Source: the human T2T-CHM13v2.0 reference genome, Homo sapiens. Taken from it: a DNA stretch of 64,000 nucleotides. Each line of letters opens with the position of its first letter. Within the stretch, counting starts at the first letter, position 1. Made by a program: the position numbers and the translations under genes. Below, one piece after another: positions 14,718 through 28,991 of the stretch. Below the pieces are notes generated by a model that searched no databases, was not told the DNA's origin, and saw only the letters and a program-made list of their open reading frames with translations. The DNA lies in assembly GCF_009914755.1 (NCBI RefSeq), contig NC_060932.1, one strand, 5' to 3'.

Positions 14718-15664
14718 CCCATGATGCTGCCTTAGTTATGTTGAAAGTAAAGTCCCTTTCAGAGGAATTTGAGAGCAGTTACCAAGTTACACCCCTCATA
14801 TAACTTGACCCAAAATATAGAAGCACTGAGGCTGGCTTGGAAGTCACTCTAGGTCCAAAGTTATCTAGACAGATGGGCCAAATCCAGTTTGATGAATTTG
14901 AACAAGGTGAAAAATGAAGCCCTGCAATAGCCTTTGTCAGCTCCACCTGTCTTTAAACTGCATGCAAACAAGACAGAGAGGCTTCTGAGGTTGTCTAGGG
15001 GCTGAAGACGTAGCCCTGTTGGTTGGTTATGTCTGTGTGCGCCTGCCCCAGTTCTATTCCTGACCCTCTGCCTTTAGAGGGCTCAATCTCCCTCAGCTCT
15101 GAGCCCTAAGGAGACAGGATGGGTAGGGTCTGGGAGTCATTTGGCTGCCCCCACATCTAGGAACCAGGATCCCTAAGGTAAGTCCCTGGTGCCAGGCCTC
15201 CTTCAATCCCTGCTATGAGTCTTTTTCACTAAGCTCTGCCAAGGGTCCCACCATGCACATGGTCTCTGTCTGGCCTGAAACTCTACCCAGACAGCATTCT
15301 AATCTCTAATGTGTCTGCTCCTTTGCCTCAACCCACTATGCACCTAACTCCACCCAAAATCCTGTATCAGCCTGGATAGAGACCCTTGTTCACATGTTCC
15401 AGAGAAGTACAGTGATTTTACATCCTGCTTCCTCTCCTTCTCTGCTTGAAATGCCATACAAGGTGACACCAGCTGATGTCCAAGGGCTGAGGGCAGAGAA
15501 CTTGAAGTCAAGAAAGGTTAATATTAAAGGAGTAGCAGGAATATGGGTAGGAACACTAATGGTAACACCAATTACATCGCTTCATGTCTCTGCACACACA
15601 GAGCCATTTCCTCATTGTCCCAAGAGGCAGGAAAGTCAAGTCTCAATGTTAATATTTTAAATCA

Positions 15665-15694
15665 ACAGAGACTGACAGAGACTGACAGAGACTG
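15665..15694. repeat. 10-bp tandem repeat (acagagactg)x3 in a MIR remnant
   Basis: Three perfect units, followed by MIR-like aggct...aagtgacttgttcaaggcc. Confidence 0.9.
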
Positions 15695-17194
15695 AGGCTT
15701 CTCCAAGACTCAGTCTTGTTAAAGTGACTTGTTCAAGGCCACCAGTCAGCTATTAAGTAAAGACAAGATTCCATATTCCCTAACTCCAAAGCAGTGCTAC
15801 TGTTGTTTTTCATTACATTGCTGACTCTATGGGCCCTAGATCTCTTTGAGGGGTTGGAAAGTTCTTCTTTTTTTCCCCTTTATGTGTCTTAGAGTTGAAG
15901 CCCCAACTTTAAAACGCAGCTATGTGAATTATTACCTGAGTGAATCACTTTACCTCATTGAGCCTGTTTCCTTCTCCCTAAAATAAAATTGATTAACAAC
16001 TATCTCATAGGGCTGTGCAGATAAGACAAAATTCTGTAGATCAAAAAGCTTTGTTACCAGAACACATTAAATAGGTGGGTGATGATATTTTTGGGGCAAG
16101 GATACCCAAACCTTACCTTTTGTCATTACCACCTGTGAAAAGTCATATATATGGGCAGGGGGATGGGGGTGGTATCCTGGCCACATTGCACCATAAAGAG
16201 AATTGAGTGTCAACTCATAGACACAGCTTGGTACTGCGCCAGTAGAATTTCTTCCTGTGAAGTAAGTACTAAAGAGAAGGTAGCCAGGCAAGACACAGAG
16301 ACAGAGAAGATTGACCAAGAGAGAGAAAGAGATGCACAGAGAGCGGAATCACCTAAGGTTACAACCAACCTCGAGGGGAAAGGACAATTTTGATGATGGA
16401 ATCATAGAATGTAGGAGCTATAAGAGTAAAAGGTGAAGATGGAATAGCTAGCCTTCCCTCCAGGCTGACAGAGTAAGTATAGACACAAGCGTCCCCCCAT
16501 AGTCAAATATGGATGAGCTGTTAGTTTTGTCCATTGATAAAATGGAGATAATAGTGGTAGCTAGCATTGTTGTGAGGCTTGAACAAGTAAAAACATGTAA
16601 TGCACACAGTAAACACTCAAATAGCATGAGCTGTTATTATCACTATTTTAAACTTAGTTTATTTCATGAACTAACATAGACTGATTTGCAGTGGTCATCT
16701 AGACAAGGGTTTTGAAGCCTGTCTTGGCTCAGCAGGAAAGTGTCCTGATGAGTTCCTGATGTACATCATGGGCTTTGGGTAGAGGAGGGGATGGCACCTG
16801 TGCCTGATGCTGACCAATACTCCAAAGCCCCGATTCCTCTTATTGATGAGATAACGGAAGTTAGAGGTAGATAGTGATTCCTAAAGTCAAACACAAAAAG
16901 ACAAATATGGAAATAAAACTCATACCTCTCTTCCAGTCCAGATATCTAAGTCTGCTGTTGCTCCCTGAAGCTCCCCAGCCAACAGGGCAACTGGAGGAAA
17001 ATGGGAACAGGAAGAACAAGTCCAGTGGATTCCAGAATTTCATTCCAGAAGATGGGGGACTTCTCTGCTCAGGTTTGGATCATAATCCTGAAAGTCATAA
17101 TCACAAATGCCATAATCCTGAATGTTGAGATCCTGAAAGATCAAAATCCCTAGTCTAAATCCCTAAATTCTAAAATCCCTAATGTCTAATAGAC

Positions 17195-17725
17195 ATAATG
17201 ACATCTTTGGAATTAGGTGCTATAAAGGCTTCTAAAAGTAAACTTCAAGGACTTACCAATAAAGTTTGTTTTTTTTTCCATTCACCCCAATGCATTTGGT
17301 GGACAATTCCAACGAGTGGATTAGCTGCATGATACGACAACCATGAAAACTTTAGTTTAATAATGCATCGTTTGTCTGCATTGGCATTCCTTCCAGCTGA
17401 TGAAGTTCCAGGAGCTTTTAATGAATTAAAACGGCATTTGTCTGAAGAAGCCAGTGAAGTTACCGACTGGTTTGAAAATAATTATGTGCACAGTAGGATA
17501 AGAAGACACTTACACAACAGTGTTGCTGTTCAATCAGCAGCATTGTTTTCACTGAATCTGCTGTCTGTATATGAGTGCATGTAAAATGAATTTCCTTGTA
17601 TCCAAAACAACACAGAAGCATGACACAGAAGATGGAAAATTTTAATAGAGAATGCTTATGTCAATATATATCTAATCATAGAATAATTTCACAAAGAGCA
17701 GCGCCATGTAGAAAACAAATGTGAA
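17195..17725 (+). pseudogene. Decayed MULE transposase catalytic-core fragment
   Basis: One frame with stops: IMTSLELGAIKAS..VCFFFHSPQCIW..LSALAFLPADEVPGAFNEL..DWFENNYV..PCIQNNTEA*HRRW, resembling MULE 'TDFE.A', CxxH and 'TNN..E.WH' motifs. Confidence 0.88.
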
Positions 17726-17791
17726 AGTATTAGAGCCATACCCTAAAAGAAAAAAAGCAGCTATTCATTATGATGCAAGACTTCCAAATAC

Positions 17792-18093
<302 letters not shown>

Positions 18094-20408
18094 CTAAATA
18101 TAGTTAATAATCAGGAAAATTGGAGAGCTCTTATGGAAGACCTCTGTGCAATCGTCCATAATTTACTCCTGTAATACATCTTTTGTATGTCAATTTTTAA
18201 ATTGTTTCTTATTTTTAAGTTATTCCCTCACTATTTTAAATTGTCAGCATTATTATTTACAATTTGCTATGATATGTATTCCATCTTCACATCATTTTCA
18301 ATACCGGGGATATAAATTCTAATTTGTTTTATGCATTTTTTTTTTTTTTGCAAATTTGACTCCACAAAAGTGCACTGTCACAATGTAGACTTTGTGTGTA
18401 ATTGTTGTGAATGTGTATACAATATTGAAACTTCCTCAATAAGCGAGAGGATATCCTTCATATACATCTGCATTTGCGAAAAAGAAAAAAAGTTCTCGAG
18501 ATCTCAGCTCTTTGGGTGACTGCACATGCAGGGGTGACCCATCATGGTTTTTTATCTCATCCAAAGACTCAAGTTGTCCGTCATGTTATGTCAGATGACT
18601 GCAGTTATATAAGCTGTTCCTTTATGAATACAGTTCATCTACTCATAATTGTTACACTTGTGTGACTGTTGTTAGTATATTTGAGTGTTTATCCTTGCAA
18701 AAATATGTGTCACTATTGCCTATTTTATCATGTAACGTGGCCTATGAAATGTCCAGTCATGTTTTTATATATTTCTTAAATCAATCCCTTTTAAAAAATG
18801 TAAATAAATATCTTTTAAATAATTTTTAATTATTTTTTCCTAATTATGTTTTCAGGATTTTGATCTTTTGGGATTTAAACTTTTGCGATTGTATCTTTTG
18901 CAATTGTGATCCTTTCTCTTCTGTTCAACGCAAGCTCCTGCTGTTGGTTGATTATAGCAGATTCTCCAAGAACCACCAGAAACTGTTGTGGTACCACAGA
19001 GGATACCTTGGAATTATTCATGCCTCCTTATCTTATGGACTTCCTGACAAATTGCTTATTTGCTCTGTGGTTTGAGAACATTTTATTTTGCTGCAGGGGT
19101 TCTTGCTTACCTTGGAAGCCCTAAGAAGCTCTGATGAGCTGGAAATGAACAGCCAATTCCACTGTGCTCATTGAGCACCTGCTGCTGCTGGAGAGGGCAC
19201 CAGGCATGTCCAAAACTCTCCTCTCATTTAAACCTCATCTTATAAAACATCCTGGAGGTGGAGATCTTTCTTCCTTTAAGTACATTAAGGCTTGAAGAAG
19301 TTATGAAACTTGCCCAAGGTCACACAGTTAATCAACAGCAGCATCAGGAATCAAATCCAGATTTGTCCATCTCCTAAGACTGAACTGGAACTCTTTTTAT
19401 TGCAAAAAACTCAAATCCTTTTTGAAAAAAGAATAAGGTCCAGGCCCCAGAGGAATAGAGTTATTGAAAATTCACAATGTGCTGGATTTATATGCATTGT
19501 TATCACATTTATATGCATTGTTTCATTTTATGTTTAAAACAATCCTACTCCTGCCAGGCTTTTTCACTGCCAAGTTAGAGATAAAGTAGCAGAGTCTAGA
19601 AGTGTCTAAAAGAGGTCAAGTATCTTGCATGAGGTTGCACCAGCTGAAAGTTCTGGAGTCAGGAGACGTGGACTAAAGTCCTGATACGTGCCTGTTGTAC
19701 CAACACAATTATCAGTAGTGCTTTTTTTCACTGTCCAAAGGGTTCTGGTTGAGATGATGAACTATATAGTCACCCTAACTACCATTCTAGTTCCTGCCAC
19801 CTGGATGCCTTCTGATGCCTGAATCTCCAACATCTCCTTCAATTACTTCAATTACTCCTACCTTTCCAGTAAGTTATTTTTTTTGCTCAAGTTAATTAAG
19901 TCTGTGTTTTGCTTGCAGTCATAACAAAAATTTGAATGTGCCCACTGAAAATATTCACCAATAGGATCTTTTTTTTTTTTTTTTTTCAGAAGAGGTCTTT
20001 AATAATCAGGTGGCTAGGGGGTTCTACTGATAACATTCAGCCTCCTTTCCATATAATTCCCATGCTTGCTCAAAGGGTTTATGGAAAAGTGTTCATAGTA
20101 GCATGGACTGAGGCTCTTCTTGTAAGCATGACTTCCCCTCACCTGGGTTGACACAGTTACTGCCATTGTCCTGTGAGTACTGTTACAGAAACAGCAACCA
20201 GCCCTGAGGCCTTTTATGGTGCTTAATTCAGTGAGAGAATCAGCCAGCCTACCTGGAGGCAGACTGATTAAAATGTCATTCATTTTGGTGAGGTAGGAAT
20301 TTGCTCTCACTGAAATTGACACCTAACCTAGATTTATGTGACTGAATATACTTTTCCAGTCTCTGATGCTTAGCCGATGTATGGATTTACCAAATGCCTT
20401 ACACGCTG

Positions 20409-20409
<1 letters not shown>

Positions 20410-20440
<31 letters not shown>
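20410..20440. repeat. Poly-T tract (31 nt)
   Basis: Uninterrupted T run with no adjacent retroposon body. Confidence 0.97.
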
Positions 20441-20443
<3 letters not shown>

Positions 20444-20592
20444 AAGGAACAGTTGCCATTGCAATGAAGTTAGGCAATGGAAGGATGCCCATAGTATTCA
20501 CTACCCCAAAGAGAACACATGGCCTTATGGAGGGGTGCAGGGCCTATTGAGGGCTCAGCCTTGGACTTAGCATAGAATTAGCAAAGAGACAA

Positions 20593-20925
20593 CATCTCAG
20601 AATGGAACTGTATTTGGAAACAAGGTCTTTAAAGAGGTAATTAAGTTAAAATAAGGTCATTAGGGTGGATCCTAATCCAGTATTACCCATGTCTTTATAA
20701 AATGAGAAAATTAGGACAGACACACACAGATGAAAGACCCTGTGGAGACACGGAGAAGATGGCCATTTATAAGCCAAGAAAATAAAGAGGCTTCAGAAGA
20801 AACCAGCCCTGTTGACACCTTGATCTTGGGCTTCTTGTCTCCAGAATTGTGAGAAAATAAATTTCTGTTGTTTAAGCCACCCAGCCTGTAGTACTTTGTC
20901 ATGGCAGCCCTAGCAAACTAATGCA
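20593..20925 (+). mobile_element. MLT1B-like MaLR LTR
   Basis: gtatttggaaacaaggtctttaaagaggtaattaag...atggcagccctagcaaactaatgca. Confidence 0.9.
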
Positions 20926-23220
20926 CCTTCATTTATTCCTTCTTCAATGCTCTTCCTTTACATAGATCCTGCTTTCTGGATGATATCACTTTTCTTCTCT
21001 CTAAAGTGCTATTTTTAAACTTTTTGTGTGTGTGTGCAAAGTAGCCCTATTGATAACAAATTCCCTCAATTTTTGTTTTCTGGTCTGGGAATGTCTTTAT
21101 TTCCCTCTTACTTTTGAAGGATAATTTTGCTTAATATAGAATTCGAGGTATGTTATTTTCTGTCATCACTTTAAGCATTTAACCCCACCCTCTTCTTGCT
21201 TGCATGTTTTCTGAAGATGAGACTGATATAATGCTCCTCCTTGCTCATCTAAAGGTGAGATGGAATTATTTACCCTCTGGCTTCCTTTAAGATTTCTACT
21301 TTGTCTTTGATTTTCTACAGTTTAAATATGATATGCCTAGATGTAAATCTTTTACTACGTATCCTGTTTGGTGTTCTCTGATATTCCTGCATCTGTGGTT
21401 TAGTGGTTGTCTTTAATTTTGGAAAACACTCAGCCATTATTACCTCAAATATTTCTTCTTTTCTGCTGTGTTTCCTCCCTCTGGTATTCCCATTATGTAT
21501 ATGTTACACTTTCTAAATGGTCCCAGAGCTCTTAGACATTCTGTTCTGTTTTGTTTTTACCCTCTTTTATCTTTCCTCTTCAGGTTTTGAAGTTTCAGTT
21601 AACATATTTTCAAGGTCACTGATTCTTTCCTTGGCTGTGCACAGTCTACTAATGAGCCCATTGAGATATTCTTCATTTCTGTTACAGTGTTTTTTTTGTG
21701 TGTGCATGTATTTGTGACTGGATCTTGCTCTGTTGCCCATGCTGAAGTGTGGTGGCATGATCCAAGCTCACTGCAGCCTTGACCTCCCAAGCTCAAGCAA
21801 TCCTTCTGCCTCAGCCTCCTGAGTAGCTAGGACTACAGGCATGTGCCATCACACCCCGATACTTTTTAACATTTTTATAGAGATTGAGTTCCACCATGTT
21901 GCCCAGGCTGGTCTCCAACCCCTGAGCTCAAGTGATCTTCTCACCTCAGCCTCCCAAAGTGCTAGGATTACAGGTGTGAGCCACCGTGCCTAGCCTCTGT
22001 CACAGTGTTTTTCATTTCTAGCAATTTTTTTTTTGAGTCTTAGAGTTTCCATCTCTCTGCTAACATTACCCATTTTTTATGTCATGTTGTCTACTTTTTA
22101 CATAAGAGTCCTTATCCTATTAATCATATTTGTTTTACATTCCGCGTTTAATAATTCAAAAATCTCTGCTGTATTTCAGTCTGGTTCTGATACTTGCTTT
22201 GTCTCTTCAATTGTGTTTTTGACTTTCAGTAATGCTTACAATTTTTTTCTGTCAAACGTGGGACATGAGGTATGTGGTAGAAGGAGCTTAAGTAGATATG
22301 GCTTTAGTGTGAGGTTGTATGAACACATGGCTAAAAGTTAGGCTGTCTGCTGTTTGTTGTACCTGTGGTGTCATAAGCTAAAATTTCCTCTAACGTATCT
22401 ACTGTTTCTGTCTTAATCTGCTGTCATTGAGTGTCCTTAGAAAATCCTTCTAAAATAATGTCTGAGGCTTACAGTTTTCTTAGCTGTAACTTCTGTTATT
22501 ATACAGGCACCCTACTCATTCAAGGGATGGTAAGGAATGAGGGGAGGGAAAATGTTCTCTATTCCTTTGATTATGTCTCGGTCGCTTTTACGTAGCCAGT
22601 GTTCCTAGGCTATGACCTTTGCAAGTGTTTCCCAGCTTTCCCTTTCGTCCCTGCTTAGGTGAGACATAAAGGTTAATGGAGTCTGGACTTGGATGTTTCC
22701 CTTCTCCCAGGCCGGTTAGATGCTGGTAAAATAGATTCTCCTGAGATGCTTTAATAAGGAGAACAGAGAGCTTTGGGCATAATTCAAAATGTCTACTTTT
22801 CTTCTCCTCTACTGGAAGCGTGAAGGGGGTGTTTCCCAAAATTCATCCTGAGAACTTGTAGGGTCCTTTTTGTAGGTAAAGCCATGAAAGTTTGGGTCTT
22901 TCTGAAGACTGTCCCCTCCCCAAAGTTATTAACTCTCAAAGTAGTCCACATGGAGCCTCCAGAAATTTTTCAATTATAATTGAGTGTTTCTACTGGTATT
23001 GGTTCCAGCTGTGGACCTCTGCCCTCCATAAGCTGTGATTCTCTGTACTCATCTCTCTGCTACTCCAGGTTTAGGGGCAGAAGTTCGCCCAGTGACCTCA
23101 GTTCTCTGAAGGATCTAAGAAGAGTTGTTGATATTTTTAGTTTATTTGGTTTTTATTTAGTTGTGAGGATGGAAGTGACAACTTCCAAGCTGTTCATATG
23201 TCAGACCAAAAACTGAAGTT
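20926..23220 (-). mobile_element. Old L1M 5' UTR/ORF1 region (L1MD/MC-like)
   Basis: T-rich antisense L1 tracts (cttttgaaggataattttgc, aattttggaaaacactcagccattatt); minus-strand peptide remnant NGLISRLCTAKERISDLE resembles the ORF1p coiled coil. Confidence 0.85.
21690..21995 (-). mobile_element. AluJ nested in L1M
   Basis: gctcactgcagccttgacctcc; TSD tctgt(t/c)acagtgttttt. Confidence 0.92.
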
Positions 23221-23838
23221 GCATCAGTGTGTCCATTATAGTACTTTTAAGTAAGTGAATCAAAATTTCTTTCTGAATTTGAGTTGTGAAAGTAGAGATT
23301 ACCTACAAATGAAGTGTTTTCACAAGCTCAGAGTCAAAGCAGGCTACTTGGCTAATGAATGCAGCACAGAAGGAAAGGAGATGACTCTGGACTTAGAGTT
23401 GGGAAAAAATGGGTTGAGATTCCAGCTCTGCCATGTCTTTTGAGGTGACCCAACTTCTTTGAGCCTGACTTTCTAAATTTGTGAAATAGAGAAAAAAGGG
23501 ATAGTTTGCAGAAAACCTTACAATTAATCATACCCTTCCTCTGTGATGGATTTTTAATCAATAGAGAAAAAAAATGAGTCTCACGATAATAAAATATGAT
23601 AGCTATGTTATCACCAGTTGACCAGTTCCATTAACACAGGACTCCTGTAGGCTTGAGAGTGCGCAAAGGGAACAGAAATGTTTTTCTAAAACTGTTTATC
23701 TCTGGTAAATCCAGAAGGAACCCCCTTCCCTCAACCTCTATAGAAATAAAAGGAACAAAATAAAGAGCACCCTGCCCTCAAAATCTACATTTCACCATTA
23801 TTGTGAATATCAAATAAGGCAAAATAAGGAATAGTAAT

Positions 23839-24203
23839 TGATATGGTTTGGCTGTGTCCCCACCTACATCTCATCTTGAATTGTAGCTGTCATAATTCCC
23901 ACGTGTTGTGAGAGAGACCCGGTGGGAGGTAATAGAATCACAGGGGTGAGTCTTTCCTGTGCTGTTCTCATGAGAATGAATAAGTCTCATGAAATCTGAA
24001 GGTTTTTATAAAGGGGAGTCCTCCTGCACATGATCTCTCTTGCCTGCTGCCATGTATGATGTGACTTTGCACCTCATTAGCCTTCTGCCATGATTGTGAG
24101 GCCTCCTCAGCCATGTGGAACTGAATCAGTTAAACCTCTTTCCTTTATAAATTACCCAGTCTCAGGTATGTGTTTATTAGCAGCGTGAGTACACACTAAT
24201 ACA
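23839..24203 (+). mobile_element. THE1B/C solo LTR
   Basis: tgatatggtttggctgtgtcccc...ctaataca; perfect TSD gtaat. Confidence 0.95.
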
Positions 24204-24644
24204 GTAATGATAATGACTGGCAATGCTTTCTGATTAGTTACTTGCTCTGGTCCACGCATTGTGCTAAGTGCTTTATGTGCTGTTCTCTAAACAACCCTAT
24301 TAGAATTACATTCTTACTACTCCCTTTGTATAGAAAACTGAAACCTATGAGGATTCAATAATCCACCCAGGTCACTCATCCATCATATGACTTAGTTCAC
24401 ATTCAGTTTTTAGGTGTTATCTAGGTGAAAAGAATCTTTAGAATCCTGAGGAAAAAGATTAAAATCCCCCAGGAGAGACAGGAGCTAGCACAGAGCCTGA
24501 CACATGAAAGGCACTTCATATGTTTTGGTGGAAGTTAAGGCAGGTGTTCAGAAATCACTGCCTGCTTCACTCACTGCGTTTAAATGTGTACAGTTGCACA
24601 CTTCACAACTAGACAGTGTACACCCTGCAGGGATGGAATAATTA

Positions 24645-25012
24645 TTTTTAAAAATTTTAATTGACATATAATGATTATACATATTTATGAGGTACAGAGT
24701 GATTTTCCATACATGGATACAATGTGTAATTTTATATAAGTAGCATATCTATCACCTCAAATATTTATCATTTCTTTGTTTGGGGAACATTCTAAATCCT
24801 TTCTACTACCTATTTGAAATTCTCTCTAGTAACTATTTGAAAATATATATTATTGTTAACTGTGTTCACCCTCAGTGCACTAGAACTGATTCCTCCCATC
24901 TAGCTGTAATTCTGTGTTTGTTAACCAACATCTCCGTATCCTCCCACTCCTGCAAACCTACTCTTCTCATTCTCCAGCAACCACTGTTCTACTTTCTACT
25001 TTTAGGAGATCA
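24645..25012 (-). mobile_element. L1MA-like 3' end
   Basis: ttaattgacatataatgattatacatatttatgaggtaca...catatctatcacctcaaatatttatcatttctttg. Confidence 0.88.
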
Positions 25013-25224
25013 AAGAGAGTGAGACAGTGGTAACTAGATGCAGGAAGGGTAGGAGGGAGGAGGGATAGGAAGATGTTGGGACAGCTAGTTTACTTCACTA
25101 AACCTACTTGCTATAGGACTGAGTTCTTTGCAGTACTTGGTACATATAAGATTTATTGATAAATGCCTTTCAACCTTTAGTAATTAAATGTTTTGGAGGG
25201 GAAGAAAGAATAAATTAGTCAAGT

Positions 25225-25815
25225 GTGTATGATAACCAAGATATGAAAACAACCCAAGTGCCTATTGATGCATGAATGGATAAAGAAAATGTGGTACACA
25301 CACACACATACACAATGGGATATTATTCAGCCTTATAAAAGAAGGAAATCTTGCCATTTGCAACAACATGGATGAACCTAGGGGACATTATGCTATGTGA
25401 AATAAGCCTGAAACAGAAAGACAAATATCACATCATTTCACTTATAGGTGGAATCTAAAGAAGTTGAACTCACAGAAACAAGTAGAAAGGTAGTTCCAGG
25501 GGTTAGGGGGTGAGGGAAATGGGGAGATTTGGGTAAAATGGTACAAACTTTCAGTTACAAGATGAATAAGTTGTGGACATCCAATGTACAGCATAGTGAT
25601 TACAGTCAATAACAGCATATCATACACTTAAGATTTACAAAGAGAATAGATCTTAAATGTTCTCATTATCAAAAAAAAGATAATCATGTAAGGTGATATG
25701 TTGATTAGCTTAATTGTGGTAATGATTTCACAATGCACATGTATATTAAAACATCATATTTTATACCTTGAATATACACAACATTCATTTGCAAATTATG
25801 TCTCAGTAAAGCTGA
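25225..25815 (+). mobile_element. L1MA/MB 3' end
   Basis: gaatggataaagaaaatgtggta...caacatggatgaacctaggggacattatgct...atcttaaatgttctca. Confidence 0.92.
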
Positions 25816-26843
25816 GGGGAAGGTAATGCATGTGTGTGCATCTGCACGTGTGTATGAATGTATTTTCCTTAGGCAGTTGGGTGGAGTAATGGGAAGACAG
25901 AGATGGGGAAGGATTAGCATTCATTAAGAAACCTCCTGTGTTAAGAGCTGTGTGCATGTTTTTCTCTGGTGGCCTTTTAGGGAGTAGGAAATGTGACATG
26001 ACTAGATACTGCCTGGCCCCCAGCAATCCACAAGTATTAGTAGAGCACCTTCTATATAATGGGAACTGTTCTGGGGAAACCAATCTAAGAAAGCCCCTGT
26101 TCTCACAGGGCACCAGAGAGAGTAAATCGATTGAAACACAGTGATATAAGCTGTAAGTATTACTATGTGGGGAAGACAATGTGCTTTGGTGGCACATGAG
26201 AGGACTATGAACTGGGGGCTAAAGAGGAGTCTTCCCAGAGAAGGTGATGTCTCAGCTGAGACATCTAACAAGTGAGGAGGTAGAGGCAGCAGAATGTACG
26301 AGGCCCAAATCACTGATGTCAGTTATTAATGTTATTGTTATCCCACTTGCTGTTATGGGCTTGAGAATCAGTAAAATCCTGGTTTTGCCATCTCTGAATG
26401 TGTGACCTTGGGTAAGCCACCTGATCTTCCTGAGCCTCTGTCTTGCTCTCTGCATCACAACGACACCCTACATAACTTGTAATAGTGAAATGAAAAGAAA
26501 AAGAGTTGGCAGATGCACAGAACCAACTCTCTTCCTGGCATTTAAAAGTGCTACAACATATTTCTCTTTCTATCCTCTTCAAAGAGTTTAACATTTTTTT
26601 AATTTTCTGGATTCTAGAGTCTTCTTGGACACCAGATCACTCCCAACAACTAACATTTGCAGAGAGTTACGAGAAGCTGGGCAAATATGCTATATATAAT
26701 AATTACATGAGTGCAACCAACTGGCAGGCCACGCAGCAAGGTCCTCCTGAGCTATTATGTAAAGGTGCACACTATTCATTCCAGGAAGAGTCCATAAAGC
26801 AAATTCACAAGTTAGTGAAGGTCTGTTATAAATCAGTAAATAA

Positions 26844-27175
<332 letters not shown>

Positions 27176-27559
27176 AATTCCAGGCTTTTAACACTAAATG
27201 TGCACAGTAACTATACCTTATTTGATTTTTAGACTTTTCTTTAAAGTGCATACTTTATATCCACAAGAAAAAAATTAAAATATTATCGGTTTCATACTTC
27301 AAAGATGGCTGGGGATAGATAAACCCTATCCAAGTTTGAATCTAGGCTTCTCCTCAAACTGCCTTTGGGTCGATGAGTACATTGTAGTATGCTTGACACA
27401 AAATCAGTATCTGTCATACACTCTTAGGCAAATGATAATTTTCTACTGAAAACTATTTCCTTAGTGATAGTAAATCTCCAACTACTGTTGACAGATCCAA
27501 TTTTTGCAAAGTGCCAAAAAGCCTAAAACATGTAGGGAAGAATAATTCAGCTTCACAGG

Positions 27560-28620
27560 TATTATTGAGCAGCTTGCTTGTTTGCTCTCAGATTTGCCCC
27601 TCTCCCATTCTTTTTCTTGCAAACAGGTTCTCTATGTTTGACTTTATGAGTCAAGTTCAGCCAAAGGGAAGTCTGTTAGGAGATAGGAGAATAGGAAGTG
27701 TGTAATTGACATTGTTAGTGCCTCACTCAGATTCCTAGGGTCCCTTTTCAGTTCAGCGTGCCTATCCCCCAGCTTCTGAAGGCTCACACTTGTGATCTTC
27801 CCTGAGGAATTGGTCTTTAGTGGCTGGAGCCATGTCACCAGAGGTGTTTTGAGGTTACACAACCCCCTTGGAATCATATCTCATCATTGACTTGTGTGCA
27901 ATGGACAAAAGCCCATCTCCCTTGCCTCAAGGCAGGACAAACACTGGAATGCAATTTTTACCCCCAAAGCTTCCTGCAGGATCTGGCTATAATTAGATGT
28001 CACCTAGAAGCCTATCCTTGCTTACATTCTTTCCTTTTTTCATCCTTGCTTCCCTGGCCATTCAGATTTCTCCTGGGAGCCTGTGTTAGTAAATGACTTA
28101 CACGCAATTCCCTGTTTCAGGCTCTGCTTCCAGGACACCAGCCTAGGTCAAGGAGAGAAGCCAAGGTATGTCTTCCCTTTTCACTCTACCTCTGGTGGAG
28201 TCTGATGCAGAAGTTCAGACTCCTTCATTATTCCTGCTCTTGCCCTGGTAGCTTGCACTGGTTCTGGCTCCCTCCTGGTCATTCTAGATCCTATGAGATG
28301 GCTCTGTTCTTTATGTTTTCAGCTGCCTTCTGGAGTTTGTCTCTGGCCCCATGTGCCCAACATTTTGGCTGGATCCTTGGGAGGCCTCTCCTCCAAGGTT
28401 CTGAATCTCTTGGGCAATGCCAGCTCCTGGACTTTGATAGCATTGTCATGCTCCTTGGCCCGTCAGTTCTAGGGGTGGCAGCAGCCTCCTAGAGTTGTTC
28501 ATCTCTGGGTTGCCTTACCTTCTCCTGGTTTCTGCTTTTCCAACACCTCTGTAATTAGGCCCTCCCATTAAATTCCTTCTATTGAGCTCCATGGTATGGA
28601 TGGTCCTCTGTGTTCCTTGA
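27560..28620 (+). mobile_element. LTR33-like ERVL LTR with a nested LTR16-like LTR (~27699-28150)
   Basis: LTR33-like tgtttgctctcagatttgcccctctc...ttcagccaaagggaagtc is broken at ggaag and resumes at aggagagaagccaaggtat; insert ends caggctctgcttccaggacaccagcctaggtca. Confidence 0.65.
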
Positions 28621-28991
28621 CTTGTCCCCTGGAATCCTTGTCTTGTGCTACACCATTGTTTTCAGTCTTCCTTGCAATTAGGTCAGCTACCGACTAGTTT
28701 GGGCCAATGCAATGTGCGTAGAACCCGTAAAACCTCTAAACAATCCTCTGCACCCTCTCCTCATTCATCTGCTGACAGATGCCTGAAGTCTGATGGAAGA
28801 TTTTGAGAACCTGGGGCATGGCTGATCCCCAGACACAAGGAGCCTGAGTAGATAAAGACTGTGTAGAGCAGAGTCTTTACTCACACCCCACCCCCTGTAA
28901 TCTTCAATGGACTGTGCATGCATGAGAAATAATATGTCTCCAATTTGTGATCCATATAGGAAAACAATAGAAAGCAAAAATCAGAAGTGTG

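Noticed and set aside
17080-17190. Periodic aatcc(c/t) repeats suggesting a CRISPR-like or satellite array
   Set aside because: These are the subterminal repeats of the Ricksha terminus, mirrored at ~18850-18912; the DNA is eukaryotic with no spacers or cas genes
20410-20440. T31 tract as the tail of a hidden retrocopy
   Set aside because: No recognisable element body or TSD nearby; treated as a simple mononucleotide repeat
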